The translations under genes were made by a program, and so were the position numbers. Shown in pieces: positions 25,189 through 37,800 of a stretch of DNA of 64,000 nucleotides (position 1 is its first letter; every line of letters starts with the position of its first letter). The notes below the pieces were generated by a model that ran no database searches, was not told where the DNA came from, and saw only the letters and a program-made list of their open reading frames with translations. The stretch is from Camelus dromedarius (taxonomy: Eukaryota): assembly GCF_036321535.1 (NCBI RefSeq), contig NC_087437.1, forward strand, positions 108,812,001-108,876,000. Direction: 5' to 3'.

Positions 25189-25580
25189 GTAAGTAGATGT
25201 AAAACAGACTGGATTTGTTCATTAATATTAGTACAGTTTATCAATTGTTCCTCTTAAAAACAGAAATGTCTGGTTTCATAAGATATTCTCTTTTGAACTG
25301 TCCAAGTAGGCACAGTTTTCTCTTGGACCTATGAGTGCTCCTTATATCAGGAAGAAGTTAGTTTAACACTTTATTTCCCCTAACCCAAAGTCCTCAACAC
25401 TGTAATTTTTCATTGCACTTTCTTAAGCTTTTATTAAAATAAGACATTAAATTATTAAAATAAAGGCTTAAGAAAGTGTCCTCCCCTCCCCCTTGCCCCA
25501 TGATCTTAGTACATAATGTTTAAACTGAATCTTTTCCTTCCTTTTACTTTTTTTTTTTTTTTTTTTTTTGGTTGGTTAAG

Positions 25581-25637
25581 GTCTCCTTGGTTCATGAATC
25601 TTTCCTTGATTTGTCTCTGCCAGTTTTAGATGATCAG
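25581..25637 (+). CDS. USP16: USP16 exon 12
   Basis: AG/GT flanks after a long poly-T tract; VSLVHESFLDLSLPVLDDQ. Confidence 0.95.
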
Positions 25638-26581
25638 GTAAGACTACTTATGTTATTTAAGTAGATTTTTTTCTTTCCTGTGTTAGATTTTATGGAGGAG
25701 GGTTTGTCACCTTTTCCAAGTTTGTGTGTTACTAGCCCATGCATTGAAAATTTTTCTTAATGTATTTGAGGTAGAAGAATTTGAAAGATTTGAATAAAGA
25801 ATGGGATACTTTTTTTTTTAAAGAGTGTGTCTAGGATTATTTATATATAATACTTTGATTACATATAGGGAAGAATTTTCTTCATATTATAAGTTACTAT
25901 TTATTTTCATTATTTAAGACTAACCACAAATCCCTTACAGTCTTAAGTTCATAAATGTTAACAGAGTATCTCAGTTTTAAGCCATATTAATTTAGTTCCA
26001 ATCAAGTCATAGTAGGAAAAAAGAGAACATATTATGAATATTGGATAAATCATTTTTCAACTTCATATGAATTGGGGGTCCCTTTAAATCACTGTTAAAC
26101 TTGATTAAAGCCTTACCTAACTTACCCTACTTTTTCTTTCTTTAAAACTGTCATTGACATTAAAAGAAATAAAAGAATAAAAGGAATACCTGTAGTGGGA
26201 CATGAAATTCACATATCAACAGAAATTCAGCTTATCACTTACGCAGCTTTCTAGTGTTTAGAAACAGAATTACAGCATGATACAGCATGTGTCTAACGCA
26301 ACTCATTATGTTTCTTCCTGTTACACTTGTTTGTGAAATTGCCTTCTTTTACTATTTTGTTTGTTTGCTTATTTTCTCAGCATGTGATTGCTTTCTAATA
26401 TTTGAGATGGATGAATTCTGTCCTGGATATATTTTCAAACATTGTGAAAAATAAATCTAATATAAAATAGGAGTAGAAAACTATTTAGGTAACATTTCAA
26501 AAGATTGAAGAGATTTCAGTCTCTTCACCAATAGTAGTTGAAAAGTTTTATTTTTGGCCCATATTCTCTCCATATTTCAAG

Positions 26582-26758
26582 AGTGGTAAGAAAAGTATAA
26601 ATGATAAAAATCTGAAAAAGACACTGGAGGATGAAGATAAAGACAGCGAGGAAGAAAAAGATAACGACAGTTACATAAAGGAGAGAAATGATATTCCTTC
26701 AGGAACAAGTAAGCACTTACAGAAAAAAGCAAAGAAGCAAGCCAAAAAGCAAGCCAAG
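26582..26758 (+). CDS. USP16: USP16 exon 13
   Basis: AG/GT flanks; SGKKSINDKNLKKTLEDEDKDSEEEKDND...KKAKKQAKKQAK. Confidence 0.93.
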
Positions 26759-27039
26759 GTAGGTAAATAGGAAAACCATACTTTGCTAATTTTAATTTTT
26801 GAAGTATTAAGTTTGAAGTCTGAATAACATCAGTAGACATGTCTGTCATATTACGTACAACGGTTTCATTTGCTAGTTACAGAATTAGCTCATTTAGTGT
26901 TCTCTGCAGTGAAATTTCTTTGAATATATATGAAGAAAATATGCTTTATTTAACCCTGCATTACTTGTGACAACTTTTCAAAAAAAAATTTTAGTTCATT
27001 TTTAGTAATTTTTTCAGTTGTTAATACACTGATATTCAA

Positions 27040-27750
27040 AAACTTAAAAATATATATGTAAAAGTGTACAGTAAAATCCCCCTCCTTTTATGACATAGAT
27101 ATTACTTTCATTTGTTTCTTATGTGTCCTGGAGTTTCTTTTGGAAAATGTGATCAAATACAAATATGTAGTCTTGTTTTCCCCTCCTTTCATGCGTACTC
27201 TCCTGGACCTTGTTTTTTGTTTGTTTTACTTGATTAGGTCTTTGGAGATCTTTCCGTTTCAGGACACAAAGATTCCTTTTTGACAGCTGTATAGTATTCC
27301 ATTTTAGTAGCAAGCATGCTACTAAATATAGTATAATAGATGTACTATAGTTCACCTAGCCATTTTCCTGTTGATTTAGGTGTTTGTAATCTTTTGCTTT
27401 AATGGCCAGTGCTGCTGTGAAAAACCCTACACATATATCATTTGTAGGGTTCATTTGAAGAAGAAGGATTATATTTGTAGTATTCATACATTAATTGCCT
27501 TCCACAAAGGTTGTACCAGTCTATATTCTCACCAGCAACATACGAGGCTTGCTGTTTCTCCTTATCCTTGACAGCAGTGTGTTATCAAGCTTGTGGATTT
27601 CTGCCAGTCTGATAGATAGTATCTCAGTGCAGTTTTATTTTCCATTTATTTTAATGTAAGTGAAGTTAAGCACGTTTTTATGTTAAGGGCCATTTGTGTT
27701 TCCTTTCCTTTGAAGTATTCACTTATATCCTTTTCCCATTTTTCGTTCAC
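27040..27750 (-). mobile_element. Old L1 fragment
   Basis: Degenerate L1ME-like motifs (tgtatagtattccatt, ggttgtaccagt...tctcaccagcaa, atctcagtgcagttttattt). Confidence 0.55.
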
Positions 27751-28552
27751 ATGTAACTCTATTTTTAACTGAAGCATATCGGAAAATATTTGTGTCCAGG
27801 ACCCTTTATGTTGCCCTTCAGTCTTCTGGTTTTACAGATTAGCCTCACAGGGACTTTCCTTTTAGTTACAACCCAAAATGCTAACTCCTTGAGTCTTTAG
27901 GCATTCCAGTAACAGGAATCTTGATGAAATGCACCACCGCCTCCCTCCGCATCCCCAGAAATAGGCAGCAAATGGCAGACCGGATGATTTAAGCAGGTGG
28001 AGGCTTCCACTGTTCTCTGTGCATGTGGCTTTCTTGCTTCCTGGCTAACTGGGGGCCATTTGTTTCCCCGAGTGTTTTCCTCCGTCCTTCTGCCCAAAGC
28101 AGTTCTGTGCTTGTACATCCTTGAGTTTTTGGTTTGTTTTTTTTACCTCTTCACTGGAACCTTGATCCAGTGATGGTAACTCATGTGAATCCATCTCTTC
28201 CTGTTATGTATGTAGTCACTCGCCCCTGCTTGGGGTCAGCTGCCTTACTGCTCTGTCTGGATCACTTCCCTTCAGAGACCATGTCTTGCACATTTTTATT
28301 TGCCCCTGTGTAACAGTTTTTTGATGATTGGTGATGGTTTATTCCTGCTTTCAATCAAATAACTTTATAATTTATTTGATCCCTGATAGTAAAGGGACTT
28401 CTAGGCTCAGAATGCTGAGAGTGAACTCTTCCTTAGTAACTTAATTATTTTTGATTGATGAGCAAGAGAACCTGAGGTGGTATGTGTACGCTTTGTCTCT
28501 TCCTCGCTCTCTTTTTTTTTTTTTTTTAATGTTTTATATACTTTTTACACAG

Positions 28553-29213
28553 AACCAACGAAGGCAACAAAAAATTCAAGGGAAAGTTCTTCATTTAAAT
28601 GATGTCTGTGTCATTGACCATCCTGAAGATGAGTGTGCAGTTGAATTGTCACTTCAGGGAGAAGTGGATATTAAATCCAACCATATCTCACAAGAGGAAG
28701 TTATACATAAAGAATATTGTGTTAATCAGAAAGATTTGAATGTCCATGAAAAAATGATAGAAAGTGTAACTGACAGTCAAAAATCCACAGAGGAAGCTGA
28801 TACGAAAAATGTCAACATGGATAATGCCCTGGAGGCTTTGGCATTTTCTCACACTGAGTGTACCAGGAATTTAAATGGTGCCCATCCGAGGGAAGGGAGC
28901 AACGGAGAAGTGGACATTTCCAGTGGCTTTAAGAACCTTAACTTGAACGCTGCTCTTCAACCTGATGAAATAGATATAGAGATTCTGAATGACGGTCATA
29001 CTCCTGGGACGAAGGTATATGAAGTTGTAAACGAAGACCCAGAAACTGCTTTCTGTACTCTTGCAAACAGGGACGCTTTCAATACTGATGAATGTTCAAT
29101 CCAACATTGTTTATATCAGTTCACCCGAAATGAGAAACTTCGAGATGCTAATAAACTGCTTTGTGAAGTGTGCACGCGGAGACAGTATAGTGGACCAAAG
29201 GCAAATATAAAAG
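28553..29213 (+). CDS. USP16: USP16 exon 14 (large insertion in the catalytic domain)
   Basis: Within ORF 28451..29221; AG/GT flanks; NQRRQQKIQGK...CSIQHCLYQFTRNEKLRDANKLLCEVC...ANIK. Confidence 0.95.
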
Positions 29214-30294
29214 GTATTTAGATTCTTTCACAGAAAGTCAGATGAATGTTCAGGGGCACGTTTTGCACTGCCCAGGTAGAGTGCTGCAGTTTTCATTGTT
29301 ATCAGGATTTGGATGTTGTCAACAAGTTCCCTTTTCTGGGTAAATACTTTAGTAGACGGATGAATAAGAGAACTTTGTTGAAGTGGCTCGTACTCTGTGG
29401 CGTCCCAGCGGCAGTTACAGTGGGACAGTTTGCTCTCTGACTCCACTCGCTGTGGGCAGAATCATCCCACTGACATGTTATCACAGCAGGATTCCTACAG
29501 GTAGTGGCTGTTTCTTTGTATCCTTGGTTTCCTGTCAGCATTTGTGATGCCCTATCTGCTTTGCACCCAGGAAGCCACACTAATTCATCAGTGTGCTGAC
29601 GTGACATGCCCAGTGTGCAAGGTACTAGGGGACAGTGCTTTCTTAGAATCGTCCTCAAATCCAGAACAGGAAGATCCTGGTAATACCCTCCTGCCTCCAC
29701 CTTTTTATGTTTTTTGAGCTTCAGTAAGTGGAATATGGAAGGATCATAGATTTCTAAGGATTCTTACTAGAATTGTTGAAACACTTAGAAACTCTACCTT
29801 TTCTTTATTACACGTCAATATAAAAAGTAAATTGTTTTGATTTTACAGCAGTTCTGTTTGCTTTAGAGCAGGCATTAATGAAGTGTGGTTGACAGGCTAA
29901 ATTTGGCCTGCCTCTTGTTTTTGTGTAATCCCAGAGCTAAAAATGTTTTTTATAGACAAACATTTGAAAATGATTATTATGGTAAAAATTTCAGCTTTGA
30001 ACCCCAATTAATTATCTCTCCAAAAATAATTCAGTAGACTGCAGTTGTACTCAGTTATTTTTATCACATTTTGAATTCCATCAGTAAGCATTTGTGGAAA
30101 ATTTTCTCTCATGTCTAAATACCTATAAAATATCCTTGGCTTCACCTCTTGGTCCAAAATGCTGAAAATATTATTTGATTCTTTCCAGAAAGCTGATCCT
30201 TGCTTTAGGTGTTTGAAGTGATTTTGTAGCAGGTGTGGCTGCTTTAGGAGTCTAAAATGATTCTCACACTGCTAAAATTTCTTTTTTTCTATAG

Positions 30295-30389
30295 GTGAAA
30301 GGAAACATGTGTACACCAATGCTAAAAAGCAGATGCTAATTTCTCTTGCCCCTCCTGTTCTCACTCTTCATTTAAAGAGATTTCAGCAG
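30295..30389 (+). CDS. USP16: USP16 exon 15
   Basis: AG/GT flanks; [31 protein letters not shown]. Confidence 0.95.
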
Positions 30390-31329
30390 GTACCCCTCGT
30401 TTGTTACCTAAAACTGGTTTTAAATATGTAACAACTGCTTTATTTGTTACTGTCTCAGTGTATAACTGTGTTTCTTTGGTTTTCTGTTACTTCTTAATTC
30501 TAACTTCAAAGACATAGGAAAGTAAAACATACATGTTGTTCAGACAGAAAGGAACTGACAAAGACGTATGTCAAGGTGGAGAAGAAATTTAGGTACAGTC
30601 CTTCCTCAGATTTACTAGAATTCATGTAGCTCTTTTTAGTAATATTAACATCTTACTCTAACCTTCATTTCAGGTTAAAAAAAAAGACTAGTTTACTAGT
30701 TATATCTCGCACTCAGAAGTTTTAGTGATATTTTTGTTTTGTGTGTAGTATCTTATTTTTACTGATCCTTGGTAAAAAGTGTTGGTACCTTGGATTTTCA
30801 CCATTTTGGTGACTCCCATCTTTTCTGGAAGACTTGCACTATGAGCGGTGCAAGTTGCAGGCAGGTTCAGTTCCAGATTCCCAAAGTCCCTTGAGAACGT
30901 TTTCTCTTCTGTAGTTGTTATTGAGCTTAACTAATTGAATGGTTCTCTCTCAGCAGTTCACTAAACTGTTACAGAATGAGGCCGGGAACATGCTTCACAG
31001 AAAAGTATTCTGCTGTTGTTGAGTTTTAAGCACTCAGAATCTCTGGTCTGGTCTGCCTTTTCTGGATGGCTGAAACAGAAACATTAAGAATTTTCTTAGA
31101 GGAGCAGCTGTCTTAATGTGTTTGTGTGTGTCTGTGTTGTGCACTTTGCAAAAACAGATCAAATGGCAATCAGTTACTGGTCAGGGAGACAGAGTCTCCT
31201 GCGAAGATCGCAGTGGGGCTGGGTGTTAGGAGAGCCTGGGCACTGGAGTGGGACTGCAGTTTACTTAACATGTACAACTTCTCCTGAAAAAAACTTAATC
31301 TGTTATCCTTTTTTTCTTTTTTTTTTCAG

Positions 31330-31416
31330 GCTGGTTTTAATCTACGCAAAGTTAACAAACACATAAAGTTTCCAGAAATCTTAGATTTGGCTCCTTTTTG
31401 TACCCTTAAATGTAAG
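31330..31416 (+). CDS. USP16: USP16 exon 16
   Basis: AG/GT flanks; [29 protein letters not shown]. Confidence 0.95.
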
Positions 31417-31589
31417 GTAGGTGAAGGTAGTTTTTTTGGGAAAATCTTTTAAAGGGAAATCATAGCTTATTACCAAATACCCGAGCAGCAACTCACATGA
31501 GTATGCAGTTGATAAGAACTACTGAGTAGACTGTGTCTGTGATCTTTGTACCTTTATCATTTCAAGATCTGTGACAAATCATGTTGAAC

Positions 31590-32760
31590 ATTAGGTGGTT
31601 ATTTCAGTTCAGCATTTTTTAAGCCCCCATTATCATGGCAGACGTCTTGGGACTGGAGGCACAAAACTAAAGGTGAGCAGATACATTAATGGATAATCTC
31701 AGTGTGATGTGGTTGAGTGTTAAGCTTGGTGTACACAGAGCAGAGGTGATTATGCACTTAACTCAGCATGTTGGTGGTTCAGGGAAGGCCCTGTGAAGTA
31801 GAACCTGCCCCAGCTGCTCCTTAAGGAGTAAGACTCAGTTTGGTGCATCAAGAGGCAGCGAGTTTCCCAGGCAGAGGGAACAGCAGGGGCAAAGGCAGAG
31901 CAGGGTAAAGCGGCCTGGTGGGCACCGGGGGCTGGCTCTGTAGGCATTTCCAGAGCTTATAGTACCAAGTCTCGGAATCGTCGGGAGATGAAGCCAGAGA
32001 AGCAAGATAGGAATGAGGTTTTGGAAGGCTGTCCTGATGAGGAAGTTGGGCTTTATTAGGTATGCAGTGGGGAGCCCCTGAAGAATTTAAAGCAGTGGGG
32101 TGACACAGCCAGATGTGTGTATTACACAGGTTGCTTGCTGAGGCAATGGAGGCCGGATTTTAGGAGGAAAAGACTAGAGGCAGGGAGGTTAGTTAAGAGG
32201 CTGTTGAATTAACTCGGTTGATAGATGTGACAGCTTCAACTAGGGCTGGAGATATGGAGATTAAAGGAATATTTTAGGAGGTAAAATTAATGAGACTTAT
32301 GATCTGTTGCCTCTGGAAGACGAGGCAGAGGCCTTTAAATGGGTGCTGAGGGTGGCACAGAGAGTTGAGCGTGATTGCCAGAGCCTGACTTGAGTGGGCA
32401 GTCGGGGCTGCGTGAGCTGGGGGAGAAACAGAGGAGGAGGAGCAGGATGGGAGGTGGAGAGAGGAGTAATGAGTTCAGTTTTAGAAATGTTTTCATACAT
32501 GTTTGAGATATTCACGTGGCTGTGTCTAGAAAGCACTTGGATGTACATGTCTGAGGGCCAGGGCAGAGAGGTTGGGGCTGGAGGTAGGACTTAGACATCA
32601 ATACATAGGTGGTGGTTCAAACTCTGGGAGGATAGGATCTCTTGTGTAGAGCACGGAGAGAGAAGAAGAGATGGCTATGACAGAACTCTGGGGAGCATCT
32701 GCGTGTAAGAGGCCCACCAAGGGTGTCAGCAAGTCTCCACGCTGAGGAATTTGGAGAATC
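31590..32760. mobile_element. L2 LINE fragment
   Basis: Purine-rich antisense L2-like sequence (ggggagcccctgaagaatttaaagcag, atgagttcagttttagaaatgtt...gtttgag). Confidence 0.55.
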
Positions 32761-32980
32761 AGAGAAGCTGTATTGTTGTTCTGTAGTCAGGTTTTAAATA
32801 CTTCAGTATAAATGTATTAATAAAGTCTTAACTTTCTGTGCAAAATTTGAAATGATGGAAAGTCCCCCTTCCTCCCTCCCACTTTAAATTCTCTATGAAA
32901 GGTATTTCAGAGGTGGTGGCTAGAATGGATTGTGATTATTTTCATGTTATTATCATAGGACAGGGCCACTTTTGCTGGTA

Positions 32981-33421
32981 CAGACATACTTCAGAGATAT
33001 TTTGGGTTCTGTTCCAGACCATAATAAAGTGAATATTGCAATAAGGCAAGTCACACAGATTTTTTGGTTTCACAGTACATATAAAATTTGTGTTTGTGCT
33101 ATACTGCAGTCTGTTAATTGTGAAATAGCATTGTGTCCAAAAAAAGTATTTATCTTAATCTAAAAAATACTTTATTGCTAAAAACTGCCAACCATCATCT
33201 TGGCTTTCAGTGATTTGTAATCTTTTTGCTGGTGGAGGGTTTGAGGTATTTTGAAAATTACCTAAATGTGACACAGAGACACCAAGTGAGCAAATGCTGT
33301 TGAAAAAACGGCACCAATAGACTTGCTCAACACAGAGTTGCCACAAACCTTTGATTTGTAAAAAAATTTCAGTATCTGCAAAGCACAATAAAGCAAAGTA
33401 CAGTAAATTGAGGAATGCCTG
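32981..33421. mobile_element. Internally deleted Tigger1 derivative with both termini
   Basis: TA-CAGACATACTTCAGAGATATT... to ...GAGGAATGCCTG-TA; degenerate inverted termini and TA target duplication at 32979-32980 and 33422-33423. Confidence 0.8.
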
Positions 33422-35374
33422 TAAACAGAAAGTTGGATTAGTTCTGAATACACCATCATCAGGAATCCATCTTTTGCCTAAAATGCCATTACCCTGTGTT
33501 CAGGTTTCGGGGAAGGACTAAGTGGCCAGTGTCAGAATAAAGAGGAAAGGACTAGAAAGTATTTATGGATTAGACAGTATAGAGGTCACGGTAAATTTTT
33601 CAGGAAGTGTAGTAACTTAAGTAGGTTGAGAAATGAATTGAGAATAATGGAGATAGAGCAGATAGGTATGTTAGAGCCTTTGTTGAAAAGGAAAAGTAGT
33701 GGGTTAATGAGGATTTTCTAAGACTAGGAGACCTAATCAGGTTTCCAGGCCAAGAGGAAAATCTAGAAGATGAAGATGTAGAAAAAAAGAGAGAACTGAT
33801 TGAGCAAGACCTTGGAGGAGGCCAGGAGGGCTGGGATGAGGGCACTAAGTTGGAGTATCTCTGAACAAAAGGGAAAGGATACGGGCAACTTGCAGTTGGG
33901 TAGGTTATGTCTCAGTTTTCCTGAAGTGGGAGGTGAGGTCAACTATGGAAAATAAAGGGGGTTAATGAGAGGCTGCAAGAGAGTGGTGGAGGTTTGGTCC
34001 AGTTGCTGTGAAGGACCATCCATGGAAGAGGCAGCTAACTAAGGACACATCGTAAGATTATATAGTCACATTGAGGACCTCATGAGGTAGAAAATCCTGA
34101 ATTTACTGGTCTGCATACAGAATTTTGTTTCCTAGCAGTAGCAGCTGTTGGGTTGGGGAAGGTGCACTGTAGGATTCAGGGTCGGGTTATTTGATGAATT
34201 GGATGTGGTGGCAGGGCTGCTGATGGGTGTTAAGAGACTGTAAGAGTGATACGTGTGCTCTAAGTTCTCCAACTTTAATGTGCATTTGAGGCACTTGAGA
34301 ATCGATAGATGGGGGTAGGGTCTAAGATTCTGCCTGATAAGCTCTGGTCATGCTGATGTTGCATTACACTTTGAGTACTGAAGATTTTAAATGGGAATGA
34401 AGCCAAAAGAGGCTGGACAGGCCAGGAGAAAGGATTGGAGGGTCCTGTTACGTTGCCTAGTATAGGCGAGATGAGTTGGAAGAATGAAAGAATTATGGAC
34501 TGAGACTAGAAAATTAGTAAGATTTTTGAAGTTGAAGAGTTGAGTGATGACTGGTTCTAGAATACAGTCCTGGCTGTGGTTGGCTAAAATGGAACAGCAG
34601 CGAAAATCCTGTGAGGCTCATGGATGGACACTGAAATCCCCGAGGACGCTGACAGGATTTGGGATGACACATAAAGGTCTTTAGCGAGTAGGGAGGTGTA
34701 GGTGAGAGATGAGTGTGTAGGGACAGTACTATCGAAGGACAGTGAGGCTTGTTCAGGAAGACTTTTTACAAGAGAACATAATGGAGTAGCTGTGTGTCCG
34801 CGAGTGGCTCCCAGCTGGAACCCCTCTCCCTGCTGCCGGCCAGCCCTGGGGCACACGTGGTCTTCAAAGAATAAGCAGCCTCTGCTAGATGGAGAGTGGG
34901 CTCTTGAGAGGGTGAATGTGCTTCTCACCAGATCTGCAAGGGGCATTTGGAAATGCAATGGGTGGTTTTGGGTGTGCCCTAAATACTACCCTCTTGCTGT
35001 TAAAGGCTTACATTTTGGGCTGAAAAGTAGGATGAGTTGTTGAGGTATTTTGGAATTACCTGATCCCAGACTCCTAAAGAAATCTTGGCAAATTCAGTTT
35101 AAGTAGGTGGGCCAGGAAACTGTGACTGTGGCAAGTGGACTCTGGTTTATGGTTCTTCCAGCAGGGCAACGACAGTGGCAACTTTCTAGTAAAAACATGT
35201 TAAGTGTGACACTACTCAGTAGGCTGAGAAAAGGGAGGAAACAGTCAAATTCAGACTCAAGATTTCTGCACTCTTGAAGATCAGAGACCCTTTGTGTAGT
35301 TTTAAAATTGTCTTGTGACGGGACCTTCATAAATGGAACTAGAACTAACTTCTGAATTCTGTTCATTTTTAAAG

Positions 35375-35531
35375 AATGTTGCTGAAGAAAACACAAGGGT
35401 ACTATATTCCTTATACGGAGTCGTTGAACACAGTGGCACCATGCGCTCAGGGCATTATACCGCCTACGCCAAGGCAAGAACGGCCAGCAGTCATCTCTCC
35501 AATCTTGTTCTCCATGGTGACATTCCACAAG
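35375..35531 (+). CDS. USP16: USP16 exon 17 (His box)
   Basis: AG/GT flanks; [33 protein letters not shown]..., catalytic His CAT at 35453-35455. Confidence 0.95.
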
Positions 35532-35638
35532 GTAGGAGGTCCAGGAAAATTCTGGTATTCAGCATATTTACAGCAAAACCAGAAAATGATAAATTTGATC
35601 TTTCCATTTATACTTAATTTTATTTTTCCTCTTGACAG

Positions 35639-35763
35639 ATTTTGAAATGGAGTCAACCAAAGGGCAGTGGTTTCACATCAGCGACACACATGTGCAAGCT
35701 GTGTCTACAGCTAAAGTACTGAACTCACAGGCTTACCTCCTGTTTTATGAGAGAATACTGTAA
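35639..35763 (+). CDS. USP16: USP16 last coding exon
   Basis: [40 protein letters not shown]; coding exons sum to 2481 nt (826 aa) with consistent phases. Confidence 0.95.
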
Positions 35764-35822
35764 GTTTCAGAACGTGCTTTCTCTGGAAACATGTTTATGG
35801 CTTTTATAATGGCTGTAATAAT

Positions 35823-36047
35823 AATAAAAAAGTAAAAACTAACTGTAAATCATGTTCACTTAAAATTAAATACATGACAGAAGAAATCATGTTTATTGAA
35901 ATACTGAAGAGGAAATACCTAAAAAAGTGGTTTTGTATTGTCATAGTGGTTTTTATTCCTGCTTCCAGTTTCTGGAAGGGATTCTGAACTAAGTCGTCTG
36001 TGCTTATTAATATATGTCTGGGTGGTGGTTTGCAACACATCAATAAA
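35823..36047 (+). terminator. USP16 candidate polyadenylation signals
   Basis: AATAAA at 35823-35828 and at 36042-36047, downstream of the stop. Confidence 0.6.
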
Positions 36048-36849
36048 ATGAATTACCCCCCAAACTTGTTTTATTACTTGGAAGATTTTAAGTTGTACTG
36101 ACGTACCCTGCTAGGTAACATTAGAAGTTTCAGACTGACTAGCTAATGAAACTTTCAAGTGTTAGTTTAAAAAGTAATTTTTGAGCATAGATATTTGACC
36201 TTAGCAGTAGTATGTAATTTGGGAGAAACATAAATGTAATTCTTCTGAGGCCACGTACTGTGCCTACGCTGGGGCGTAGGCTGAATTCTGCACTTGTTCT
36301 GTGCAACTGTTACTTGACCCAAGGATGACATTCATGGGTATCCCCTTAATGCCAGCATGCCAGGAAAGCCTGTCAGCTGTCTTAATAAATTCCTTTTTTG
36401 CCCAAGCCAGCCAGTGTTTCCAAGTGGCATACAAAAACCTGTCTAAACTTCTGGAAAGGTTCTCCATTAGGGTTTCTTTGACGTATCGCTCTTAACCCTT
36501 GAGTTTGTCTAAGACCCGGACAGCTTCCAAATTCCTTTGAAATACCAAAAGTATATATATATAATTTCAAAGTGCTATTCAGGGACCCTATATAACCAGC
36601 ACATATAACAGCACACGTTCTGTAAAGTAAGTTAAATTAACTTTTTACAGTGTTCTTTGTCTTTTTCAAACTCCGTTTAAAAACTGACTTGCTTAATTTA
36701 TACGTCAGGAGATATACTTTCACTTGCACCGCAAGTATCTTTGTGCTTTGCTATTTTAAGTCAGCTATTCAACACATCATTCAATGCTATTGAAACAAGT
36801 CACTTCGGTTTTAGGGATTTTCAGAGTGGTGGGAAAGATACTCAAAATC

Positions 36850-37030
36850 TGGTCCAGGGATTGACGGACTTCCTATAGGCAGTAAATGTTGCATGCATTG
36901 CAAACCACTTGGTCTCCGTCACAGCAATTCAGCTTGGGCATTCCCTTGCAGAAAGCAGCCACAGACAATACGTAAATACATGATCATGGCTGTGTTCCAA
37001 AAAAAACTTAAATACAAAAACACGCCCCTG
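36850..37030. mobile_element. MER58-like hAT element between the USP16 and CCT8 3' ends
   Basis: ggtctccgtcacagcaattcagct...aaagcagccacagacaatacgtaaat...atggctgtgttccaa. Confidence 0.6.
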
Positions 37031-37166
37031 ATAACTTATGTGACTTAACTTACACGACTTGCCTTAAGTCCCACAGCTAATTTCATTAACAAGGTTGAGA
37101 CAAACAGGTCATCTAAATCCAAGAACAGTGGTCCTCAGACAATGAGGCTTTGATAGTAACAACATG

Positions 37167-37172
37167 TTTATT
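37167..37172 (-). terminator. CCT8 polyadenylation signal
   Basis: AATAAA on the minus strand about 130 nt after the stop codon. Confidence 0.7.
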
Positions 37173-37300
37173 GTATCATCCAGCAGAGGATACAAACACA
37201 AAACACTTCTTAATTTAAGGAGAATATGAAAACACCAGGCAATTCCTAGGGTACTACTACAAATACAACCTTCACCTACAGCAAAAACTAAGCCATTCAT

Positions 37301-37378
37301 TCAATCATTTTGGTCATCATCCCAGTCTTTCTTCCCACTTGGAGGCTTGGGCCCACCAGCTGGTTTTGCCATGATGAT
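37301..37378 (-). CDS. CCT8: CCT8 canonical terminal coding exon (15)
   Basis: ttgttttgcAG acceptor; IIMAKPAGGPKPPSGKKDWDDDQND*; coding exons sum to 1647 nt (548 aa). Confidence 0.96.
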   Translation of the reverse strand: MIMAKPAGGPKPPSGKKDWDDDQND

Positions 37379-37707
37379 CTGCAAAACAAAATCCACGAGT
37401 ATACTTACAAACTCAAGCTTCAGAGTGAAGAGAAAGAGTATTTTTCTAGTAGCTTAATTCAGTACTAAGCAACCATCGCCAATGAGCAATCTGTTACACA
37501 CTGCATACGGAACACTAGCATAATGTTTGTTAGCTTCCAGCAGTGACACTCTTCTGCTTTTGTGGACATCAACGGCAACTTAAAACTCACGCACATGACT
37601 GAAGGGCATTCTAAAACACGCACTTCAACAACCCAGCGAGCTCAATGTGAAAAATATTTGCATGCATCACTGGTATAAATCAGTCAGTTTGGCACCTGAT
37701 TTGCTTT

Positions 37708-37800
37708 TTATATATGAGATTCATCTTGCCAACCATCTTTATCCCAATTTCCTTGTGGTTTAGGAGCTTTAGGTCCACCTGCCAGTTTTGCCATTATAAT
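37708..37800 (-). CDS. CCT8: Putative alternative, duplicated CCT8 C-terminal exon
   Basis: ccattttAG acceptor in phase 0; IIMAKLAGGPKAPKPQGNWDKDGWQDESHI*, clearly paralogous to exon 15; candidate donor CAG|GTGCCA 12 nt after the stop. Confidence 0.75.
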   Translation of the reverse strand: MIMAKLAGGPKAPKPQGNWDKDGWQDESHI

